A stretch of 29,362 nucleotides of DNA from a virus (lineage: Duplodnaviria; Caudoviricetes). This document shows, in pieces, positions 8,635-15,120 of this stretch; the first letter of the stretch is position 1, and the number at the start of each line of letters is the position of its first letter. The stretch is from IMG/VR virus record IMGVR_UViG_3300027653_000042, positions 1 through 29,362 of that record. One strand, written 5' to 3'. The translations under genes and the position numbers were made by a program. The notes beneath the pieces were generated by a model. The model was not told the origin of the DNA and made no database searches. It was given only the letters and a program-made list of their open reading frames with translations.

Positions 8635-9099
8635 ATGCTCGATGAGTTCTGGGATACCGCCACGCCCGACGATCTGCCTGGAGACCTGGCCGAGATTGGC
8701 CATCTCCTGGGGATGGACGCGGCGCGGTATTTCGCCCTGCACTGGAGCGGATCGTGGCCCTACATCGCCGCGCACCGCGAGCGCTCGGCCGATCTCGACG
8801 AGATCGCCTACGCGCTGGGTGAAGAGGCGGTCCAGACGCTCATCGATGCATTCGGCGGCAACCAGCTCTACATCGCCAGCTTCAACTCTTTGCGCAAGCG
8901 CTACGCCTGGCACGTCATTAAACAAGAGTTCGACGGCCGCAACGCGGGCGCCCTTGCGGCCCGCCTGCAAGTGCCGAGGCGCTACGTGATGGAGGTGGTG
9001 ACGAGCGACGCCCCGCCCGAGCACGACCGCCCGCGCAAGATGGGCCCGGAACCGGGCCCTGCCGCCGGCGACGGCGCCCAGCTTCAAATTGACTTTTAG
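8635..9099 (+). CDS. Mor/C family transcription activator
   Basis: LGEEAVQTLIDAFGGNQLYIA...IKQEFDGRNAGALAARLQV; follows gemA. Confidence 0.85.
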   Translation: MLDEFWDTATPDDLPGDLAEIGHLLGMDAARYFALHWSGSWPYIAAHRERSADLDEIAYALGEEAVQTLIDAFGGNQLYIASFNSLRKRYAWHVIKQEFDGRNAGALAARLQVPRRYVMEVVTSDAPPEHDRPRKMGPEPGPAAGDGAQLQIDF

Positions 9100-9137
9100 A
9101 TCGGCGGCGCGTCCGCTTAAGCGACAGTTTATACACC
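9100..9137 (-). repeat. Truncated attC remnant with mutated core site
   Basis: GCGTCCGCTTAAGCGACAGTTTATAC aligns with GCGTCCCCTTGAACGAATAGTTAT of the intact sites; core GTT reads TTT; other arm missing. Confidence 0.7.
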
Positions 9138-9153
9138 AACAGGAGACAGACCG

Positions 9154-9399
9154 ATGGAAATGACGACAGATCGCACCGACGCGACTACATGGAGTATCGA
9201 GGACTTCGACGCGTTCTTCGCTGACCGCGGATTCGTCCTGGATGCAGAGATGGCCATCAATGACGATGACGTGGGAGCGGGCGTCGTAGCCGAAGGCCAC
9301 GCAAGGCTGCGCAATGTGATTACAATATTTATGCTGCTTGGCCGGGTAAGCAAGGCCGACGTGGATGACGCCATGCGAATCGTGGATGCGCTGCGATAG
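9154..9399 (+). CDS. Cassette A gene, acidic hypothetical protein (81 aa)
   Basis: AGGAG RBS; fills the space between the attC remnant and attC1. Confidence 0.75.
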   Translation: MEMTTDRTDATTWSIEDFDAFFADRGFVLDAEMAINDDDVGAGVVAEGHARLRNVITIFMLLGRVSKADVDDAMRIVDALR

Positions 9400-9401
9400 G
9401 T

Positions 9402-9493
9402 GTATAACGCCTGAGCTAAGCGGCGCACCGGACGCTACGCCCCGAGACAGCAACAACAGAAAACGGTGCATCCCCTTGAACGAATAGTTATAC
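9402..9493 (-). repeat. attC site 1 (92 bp)
   Basis: Minus strand reads GTATAAC-TATTC-GTTCAAGG-GGA...GCTTAGC-TCAGGC-GTTATAC, the canonical R''-L''-L'-R' layout with two extrahelical bases. Confidence 0.9.
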
Positions 9494-9497
9494 CGAT

Positions 9498-10106
9498 ATG
9501 GAAGTCGTAGTCACAAGTAGCAAGGATCTAAGGGCGATCGTCCGAGAGGAACTGGAGCGTATACATTTGAAGCGACCTGACCGGCGCACGTCTGGCGCGA
9601 GGGCGGCCGAGGCCAAGCTGGACATAGGGTGGCTAAGTAATGAGGAAGCACAGAAGGCCATGGGTCTATCACGTGCGACTCTCGCCCGCTACCGTGCCGA
9701 CGGTACGTTGCCGTACTCGAAACTCGGCCAAAACATCTTTTATAAGACGGACGACATCAAAGCGGCACTTCAAGGAGGCGTGCAGGGTGTCCATATAGAC
9801 GATATGTGCCAGCGGTTCAAATACCCGGAGGTGCCCACGCCCCCAATGCCCGAGCCGCTTCCAGATGCGCCGGGTATCTATTTCGTGTGGAGGGATGATC
9901 GCGTCGTGTATGTGGGACAGTCACAGAGACTTTCGTCTCGATGCCAGATCGGTAATCACGGTGTAATCAAGACGGGAGACGGCCTGTCGTGGCTCCTGTT
10001 TGACGTCAAACAACTTGTATTCGCCGAGTGCTTCTATATCGGCATCCTGCGACCGGCCTACAACGACGCTACACCAGATAGGCGAGGTGTTCTGAAAGCG
10101 GTATAA
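9498..10106 (+). CDS. Cassette B gene, HTH_17 fused to GIY-YIG-like nuclease domain
   Basis: WLSNEEAQKAMGLSRATLARYRADGTLPYSKLG HTH plus PGIYFVW...VVYVGQS...L..R GIY-YIG motif; stop TAA lies in the core site. Confidence 0.8.
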   Translation: MEVVVTSSKDLRAIVREELERIHLKRPDRRTSGARAAEAKLDIGWLSNEEAQKAMGLSRATLARYRADGTLPYSKLGQNIFYKTDDIKAALQGGVQGVHIDDMCQRFKYPEVPTPPMPEPLPDAPGIYFVWRDDRVVYVGQSQRLSSRCQIGNHGVIKTGDGLSWLLFDVKQLVFAECFYIGILRPAYNDATPDRRGVLKAV

Positions 10107-10226
10107 CGGATGGCCGCTCTGCCGCGCAGGGCATCACCAAGACACCAACGAAGACATGAACGACAACATGAGCACGACGGATCAGACGAGCGAGAGCCCT
10201 GCGTCGGCAGCAGCGGCGGGTTATGT
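10101..10226 (-). repeat. attC site 2 (126 bp, different attC family)
   Basis: Plus-strand arms CCGCTCTGCCGCGCAGGGC and GCCCTGCG(T)CGGCAG(C)AGCGG are perfect complements except two extrahelical bases; flanked by GTATAAC and GTTATGT. Confidence 0.88.
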
Positions 10227-10395
10227 GGGCGACCTGCGCCAAACCGTGTACCCTCACGGGGGCTCTCGCATCTGGGTCGAGGAACCCGACGGATCGCGCA
10301 ACCTGATCGCGGACACCTACACGACAGCCGAGTACGCCGAGGCCGTCCGCGACTTCACGGAGAAGTGGCTTCGAGACAACTCCGAGGCCACATAA
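10156..10395 (+). CDS. Cassette C gene, hypothetical protein (79 aa; start inside attC2)
   Basis: ATG at 10156/10168 lies in the attC2 loop; stop TAA lies in the next core site. Confidence 0.7.
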   Translation: MNDNMSTTDQTSESPASAAAAGYVGDLRQTVYPHGGSRIWVEEPDGSRNLIADTYTTAEYAEAVRDFTEKWLRDNSEAT

Positions 10396-10480
10396 CGCCT
10401 GAGTTAAGGGGCGCACCGGACGCTGCGCCCCGACATAGCACGACCCGTTACGGTGCGTCCCCTTGAACGAATAGTTATGT
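10390..10480 (-). repeat. attC site 3 (91 bp, near-copy of attC1)
   Basis: Plus-strand arms GTTAAGGGGCGCACCG and CGGTGCG(T)CCCCTT(G)AAC with extrahelical T and G; 6-bp and 5-bp spacers to the AAC and GTT cores. Confidence 0.92.
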
Positions 10481-10484
10481 TGCT

Positions 10485-10808
10485 ATGACCCACGAAGATT
10501 ACCTCGAATACGAGCGGCAAAAAGCGCACGCGGAAGACCACGAAGCCTTTCTCGCTGAAGAACAAAACTTTCGATGGGCCTACGCCCTCCTCGTTGAGCT
10601 TGCCAAGGAGGAACTACGCAAGGCGAACGATTTGCGGGAGAGCCCAAATGATTGGCCTGCCGGGCAAGAATGGAGCGACCTCGCTGCTACAAGCCAAAGC
10701 ATCTTTCTCTGTAAAGCACGCGAGCGTTGCGGGATCGACCACGACCAATTTCTCGAGCCGATTCGGTCGGGACGGTACGACGTGGACGACTTAGTGCAGG
10801 CAACATAA
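10485..10808 (+). CDS. Cassette D gene, hypothetical protein (107 aa)
   Basis: Starts just after attC3; stop TAA lies within CAACATAAC. Confidence 0.75.
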   Translation: MTHEDYLEYERQKAHAEDHEAFLAEEQNFRWAYALLVELAKEELRKANDLRESPNDWPAGQEWSDLAATSQSIFLCKARERCGIDHDQFLEPIRSGRYDVDDLVQAT

Positions 10809-10822
10809 CTCATGTTATTGCG
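10801..10822 (-). other. Candidate attI-like simple site at the array head
   Basis: Minus strand CGCAATAAC-ATGA-GTTATGTTG: inverted core pair with no attC stem adjoining. Confidence 0.5.
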
Positions 10823-10932
10823 CCTCACGCGCGATAAAAAGGAACCTCCGCGTTCGGCCTCGAAAGAGAGATGAGCGAAGCATAGCTTCCACATCCCCGT
10901 TTTAAAGCACCGATTAAAGGTGCCAGAGATTG

Positions 10933-10971
10933 CCCCTGTCGCGCGTTGAGCGCGGCGGGGGTTTTTTGTTT
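10933..10971 (+). terminator. Rho-independent terminator closing the early operon and cassette array
   Basis: CCCCTGTCGCGC-GTTGA-GCGCGGCGGGGG stem followed by TTTTTTGTTT. Confidence 0.8.
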
Positions 10972-11011
10972 GCCCCGGCCTGATCCGTCCATCCTCCATC
11001 CCCTCATCGCC

Positions 11012-11530
11012 ATGGCCGAGGACAGGTTCCTGGTAGCCTTGCACGAGCTGCTTTCGCTCGAGGGTGGCTACAACGACATCGAGCAGGACCGCGGCGGGGC
11101 CACCAACCTCGGCATCAGCCTGCGCTTTCTGCAGTCGATCCGGCCGGGGGCGACGGCGGCAGACGTCCGGCGACTCACGCTGGAGGATGCCCAGGCGATC
11201 TACCGCATGCACTTCTGGGACCGCTACCGCTGCGGCGACCTGCCGAGGCCGCTCGACGTAGCGTTCTTCTCCATCGTCGTCAACCTCGCGCCAACGACGG
11301 CCGTGCGCGTGCTGCAAAACGCCGTGTGCCGGGCCGGGGTGCGGGTGGATGTAGACGGCATCATCGGCCCGCAGACGCTGATGGGCGCGGCTTCGGCAGA
11401 CCGCACCGAGCTCAAGCGCCGCCTGACGGCCGAGCTCTCGGTCCACTACCACAACATCGTCGCGCAGAACCCCAGCCAGCGCACCTTCCTGCACGGCTGG
11501 ATGTACCGCGCGGCCGCGCTTTTCATCTAA
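11012..11530 (+). CDS. Endolysin, glycoside hydrolase family 108 with peptidoglycan-binding domain
   Basis: EGGYND...DRGGATNLGIS catalytic motif; VDGIIGPQT; FLHGW..R; ATG at 11012. Confidence 0.93.
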   Translation: MAEDRFLVALHELLSLEGGYNDIEQDRGGATNLGISLRFLQSIRPGATAADVRRLTLEDAQAIYRMHFWDRYRCGDLPRPLDVAFFSIVVNLAPTTAVRVLQNAVCRAGVRVDVDGIIGPQTLMGAASADRTELKRRLTAELSVHYHNIVAQNPSQRTFLHGWMYRAAALFI

Positions 11531-11547
11531 GACACGACCGAGGCACT

Positions 11548-11907
11548 ATGGACGCCCTTATTTGGATTTCGGAGAACATGGAGCTCGTGCTGGCCCTCGC
11601 CGCCGTGGCCTACGCCATCCTTCAGCTCACATCATGGGGCCGCGCAAACGCGAAGGCATTGCAAGAGGTGGTCGACGCGATTGAGCATGTCGGCAGCTTG
11701 CAGCTCAGCACTGCAGAGGCGAGTGCCGTAAAGCGCGTGGTGGGCCTTGCGCCGGTGTCGCTCGGGGTGCGGGAAGCGATTGAGGAGGCTGTGGCCAAGG
11801 TCGACGTAAAAAAGCGGCGGCCGACGATCCTGAGGCAGGTGGGCCGGGCGGTGGTACCGCTGGCCATCCGCAGTATCCCGCGGCTGGTGCGTCGCATCTT
11901 TAAATAA
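11548..11907 (+). CDS. Putative holin-like membrane protein
   Basis: N-terminal TM (ELVLALAAVAYAILQL), basic C-terminus, adjacent to the endolysin; ATG at 11548. Confidence 0.55.
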   Translation: MDALIWISENMELVLALAAVAYAILQLTSWGRANAKALQEVVDAIEHVGSLQLSTAEASAVKRVVGLAPVSLGVREAIEEAVAKVDVKKRRPTILRQVGRAVVPLAIRSIPRLVRRIFK

Positions 11908-11915
11908 GATCGACT

Positions 11916-12242
11916 GTGGAGCCACTCGAGGTAGTCCGGGCGCTCTGGCCCATCCTGGCATCCGTCGCAGCCGCTTTCTGGGGGCTGGGGCGGATGATGC
12001 TTAAAAGCTATGAGAAGCACGTCGACAGCCGCTTCGGCACAATCGAACGCATGCTCAAGGCCGAGAGCGGCGAGGCGCAGCGGGTGCGGATGGAGCTGCA
12101 GGATTACAAGCTACACGTGGCTGAACACTACGTGGACCGCGACCAGTGGGTGAGGATAGAGGCCGGGAGAGACATCACGCTCCGGCAGATGAACAAGGAA
12201 TTGCGAGAAATAGCCGCCGAACTGGCGCGCCTGAGTAAATGA
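11916..12242 (+). CDS. Single-TM coiled-coil protein (Mu gp25-like position)
   Basis: N-terminal TM followed by a helical region; precedes the gp26/gp27-like genes. Confidence 0.65.
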   Translation: MEPLEVVRALWPILASVAAAFWGLGRMMLKSYEKHVDSRFGTIERMLKAESGEAQRVRMELQDYKLHVAEHYVDRDQWVRIEAGRDITLRQMNKELREIAAELARLSK

Positions 12243-12541
12243 GCATCCAATCGTACGAAATGCACCGCCGCCAAAACCTGCGTACCAGCATCCTGCAGGT
12301 GCTCAACGTGGCGCGGCCTTACGCGACATCCGAAAAGCTCATCCTGCAGACACTGGGTGATGTACAGGAGGATGCCGGGCCGGCGGAGTTGCGCCGCGAG
12401 CTCGACTACCTCGAGGACAAGGCGATTCTGCGCGTGCGCGACCGCAGGGCGCCGGTCTGGATGATCGAGCTGACCGCGTACGGTGTCGACATCGTTGAGG
12501 GCGCGGTTGACCTCCCCCCTGGACTTGACCCGTTCCACTGA
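12239..12541 (+). CDS. Mu gp26-like winged-helix protein
   Basis: RTSILQVL...LRRELDYLEDK...LTAYGVDIVEG...PG motif. Confidence 0.8.
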   Translation: MSIQSYEMHRRQNLRTSILQVLNVARPYATSEKLILQTLGDVQEDAGPAELRRELDYLEDKAILRVRDRRAPVWMIELTAYGVDIVEGAVDLPPGLDPFH

Positions 12542-12542
12542 C

Positions 12543-13067
12543 ATGGCCGTCCGTTCGAAAGTGCAGATGCTGCCTGAGGAGGTGCGCGACGAGCTGAACC
12601 GCCGCCTCATCGAGGGCGGCTTTTCGGATTACCAGGGGCTGGCCGACTGGCTCACCGAACAGGGGTTTGAGATCAGCCCGAGTTCGGTGCACCGCTACGG
12701 CTCGGATTTCCAGCGCCGTCTGAACGCCCTCGAGCTCGCCACAGAGCAGACCAAGGTGATCGTGGACCGCCTGGGCGACGATGCAGGCGCCATGGGTGAG
12801 GCCGTGACGGCCCTCGTGCAGCAGAGTGCTTACGAGGTACTCCTCAAAATGCTGGAGGAGGCGGATTTCGGGAAGGTCTCGCTGACCTCGCTCGGCACCA
12901 TGGTGGCCAAACTGGGCTCGGCCAGCGTGCAGCAGAAGAAATGGGCGGCGGAAGTGCGCGAACGCGCGCGGGTTGCAGCGGATGAGGTTGATGACATTAC
13001 GCGTGCGGCCGGACTGAGCGACGAGGTAGCCGCGCAGATTCGTGCGAAGATTCTCGGCGTGGTATGA
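12543..13067 (+). CDS. Mu gp27-like (DUF3486) putative small terminase
   Basis: MAVRSKVQMLPEEVR...GFEISPSSVHRYG...GLSDEVAAQIRAKILG; ATG at 12543. Confidence 0.88.
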   Translation: MAVRSKVQMLPEEVRDELNRRLIEGGFSDYQGLADWLTEQGFEISPSSVHRYGSDFQRRLNALELATEQTKVIVDRLGDDAGAMGEAVTALVQQSAYEVLLKMLEEADFGKVSLTSLGTMVAKLGSASVQQKKWAAEVRERARVAADEVDDITRAAGLSDEVAAQIRAKILGVV

Positions 13068-13225
13068 CAGACGTAACCGTGGTGCTGGTAGCGAGTGACG
13101 GCGAAGATCAGACCCCGCAGGCATACACCATCGCCGTAACGAGCGCCGGCTCCGAGGTGCTCGCGCGCGTGCTTCTGCGCAAGGGGCGCACGACGCGGGT
13201 ACGCATTACTGCTGAACAGCCATGA
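13064..13225 (+). CDS. Small beta-rich hypothetical protein (53 aa; not in ORF track)
   Basis: ATGA overlaps at both ends; MTDVTVVLVASDGEDQTPQAYTIAVTS... Confidence 0.6.
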   Translation: MTDVTVVLVASDGEDQTPQAYTIAVTSAGSEVLARVLLRKGRTTRVRITAEQP

Positions 13226-13527
13226 AGCAAGACGACAAGTTTTATGATCGTGAGCCGTGGACGCTGACGATTCGATTCGAGGCCGTGACTGACGACAGCG
13301 CGCTGGCGCCTGACGAGTTCGCGGTTGTCTTTCGCGACCGCGCGGGCAAGACGCCGGTGGTGTACGAATACCCGGCTGCGCCTGAGATCGAGGCTGTCGA
13401 CGGCGCCTTTGTCTTTACGAATCACTTTACCCGAGCGGGGCGCTTCGATGTTTTTGTGATCGGCGGCGAGGGCACGCGGGCCGTGGGCTCGGTACCGATG
13501 ACGATTGAGGCAACGCCAGACGTATGA
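13222..13527 (+). CDS. Beta-sandwich-like hypothetical protein
   Basis: 101 aa with alternating hydrophobic strands; ATGA-coupled to the terminase gene. Confidence 0.7.
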   Translation: MKQDDKFYDREPWTLTIRFEAVTDDSALAPDEFAVVFRDRAGKTPVVYEYPAAPEIEAVDGAFVFTNHFTRAGRFDVFVIGGEGTRAVGSVPMTIEATPDV

Positions 13528-15119
13528 GCGACCAGCTACTGACATCCGGCGAGACCACGGCCGGCATCCTGGAAAAGGTGCCGGACAGCGTGCTGCTGCC
13601 CTATCAGCAGCGCTGGATTGCCGACACCAGCGAGGTCAAGATCATCGAGAAGAGCCGCCGTATCGGCCTGAGCTGGGCCGAGGCGGCGGATGCTGCGCTC
13701 TACGCCTCGCAGACGAGCGGTGCGAGCGTCTACTACCTGGCGTACAACCAGGACATGACGCAGAGCTTTATCCGCGACGTGGCCTTCTGGGCGCGCTTCT
13801 ACAATCTGGCGGCGGGCGAGGTTGAAGAGGTCGTGCTGAGGGATGACGACCGGGATGTCAAGATCTTCCAGGTCCGGTTTGCGAGTGGGCACCTGGTACA
13901 AGCGCTCAGCTCACATCCGCGCAACCTGCGATCGAAGGGTGCGCCCGGCGAACGCGTGGTGCTTGACGAGTTCGCTTTCCATGACAGCCAGGACGAGCTA
14001 CTGAAGGCCGCGATGGCGTTCCTGATGTGGGGCGGCCAGGTGCGGATTCTCTCGACGCATAACGGCGTCGACAACGGCTTCAACCAGGTCATCCAAGAGG
14101 TGCGCGAGGGCAAAAAGCCCTACAGCTTGCACCGCGTGACCCTGGACGATGCGCTTGAGGAAGGCCTGTTCGAGCGCATCAGCCTGGTGCGCGGTATCGA
14201 ATGGACGCTGGAGGCTGAATCTAAATGGCGTGATGACCTGATTGCTTTTTATGGTCATGGCTCAGATGAAGAGCTCTTCTGTATCCCGAGCCAGTCCGGC
14301 GGCCGGTATATCTCCCGGTTGCTCGTCGAGGAGAGCATGAACCCGCGTAGTCCGGTGCTGAAGCTCGAGCTCAGCGACGACTTCGCCATGAAGCCCGAGG
14401 CCGTGCGCGAGGCCATCATCGACGAGTGGCTGGAGGACAACATAAAGCCTCATTTAGCGCTACTTGACAAGCATTTACAGAGCGTTTACGGATTCGACTT
14501 CGGCCGCACCGGCGACCTCAGCGTGATGCTGCCGGCGCAGATCGGGCGGGACCTCGTGCGGCGATGCCCTTTCGCCATCGAGATGCGCAACGTGCCGCAC
14601 ACCAGCCAGATGCAGGTGGTGCTGTACGTGGGCACCCGGCTGCCGCGCTTCGTGGCGGCGGCGCATGACGCCCGCGGCAACGGCTCGTACGTGGCCGAGC
14701 GCGCGGCGCAGCTCTTCGGCTTCGAGCGCGTGCACCAGATCATGGCCACGGACGCCTGGTACATGGAGGCCTTCCCGCGCTACAAAGCCGCGTTCGAGGA
14801 CCACGACGTCGAGCTGCCCAAGTCGGCCGACCTTTTGAACGACCACTCGGCCGTGGTGTTGGTGCGCGGCGTGCCGAAGCTGGACAAAGACGCCACGCGC
14901 GGCACGGACGGCCGCCCGCGCCACGGCGACGGCGCCATCGCGGGCGTGATGATGTGGTGGGCCAGCCTCCACCCCGGCGCGCCCATCGAGTTTGAAACGC
15001 TGGGCCGCCGCGCCTCGCTCGAGGCGATGACGCAGATGCTCGGCAGCGGCGGGCCCGAGATCGACACCGACCACGGATTCGGCCGCGTGCGCGGATCCAC
15101 TCATTTAATGGGCTACTGA
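13524..15119 (+). CDS. terL: Terminase large subunit (Mu gp28-like)
   Basis: LLPYQQRW, KSRRIGLS, VVLDEFAF, STHNG, GFDFGRTGD and RHGD motifs. Confidence 0.95.
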   Translation: MSDQLLTSGETTAGILEKVPDSVLLPYQQRWIADTSEVKIIEKSRRIGLSWAEAADAALYASQTSGASVYYLAYNQDMTQSFIRDVAFWARFYNLAAGEVEEVVLRDDDRDVKIFQVRFASGHLVQALSSHPRNLRSKGAPGERVVLDEFAFHDSQDELLKAAMAFLMWGGQVRILSTHNGVDNGFNQVIQEVREGKKPYSLHRVTLDDALEEGLFERISLVRGIEWTLEAESKWRDDLIAFYGHGSDEELFCIPSQSGGRYISRLLVEESMNPRSPVLKLELSDDFAMKPEAVREAIIDEWLEDNIKPHLALLDKHLQSVYGFDFGRTGDLSVMLPAQIGRDLVRRCPFAIEMRNVPHTSQMQVVLYVGTRLPRFVAAAHDARGNGSYVAERAAQLFGFERVHQIMATDAWYMEAFPRYKAAFEDHDVELPKSADLLNDHSAVVLVRGVPKLDKDATRGTDGRPRHGDGAIAGVMMWWASLHPGAPIEFETLGRRASLEAMTQMLGSGGPEIDTDHGFGRVRGSTHLMGY

Positions 15120-15120
15120 T

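Larger units (their letters stand above)
9100..10822 (-). mobile_element. Integron-type gene cassette array without integrase (four cassettes)
   Basis: attC sites separate four short ORFs. Each cassette is bounded by reverse-complementary core sites: (T)TTATACACC/GGTGTATAAC, GTTATACCG/CGGTATAAC, GTTATGTGG/CCACATAAC, GTTATGTTG/CAACATAAC. Confidence 0.88.

Noticed and set aside
9129-9428. Minus-strand 99-aa ORF spanning cassette A in canonical orientation
   Set aside because: Ser-rich shadow composition and no RBS, while the plus-strand ORF has AGGAG and protein-like composition. Its stop in the core site follows from the TTA/TAA symmetry. Not formally excluded.
10110-10466. 118-aa plus-strand ORF crossing attC2 and attC3
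   Set aside because: Arg/Pro-rich alternative frame that ignores cassette boundaries; the 10156-10395 frame fits them exactly.
9402-10480. Near-identical ~90-bp repeats read as a CRISPR array or REP elements
   Set aside because: Repeats are too long, the intervening segments are whole genes, no cas genes are present, and the structure fits attC.
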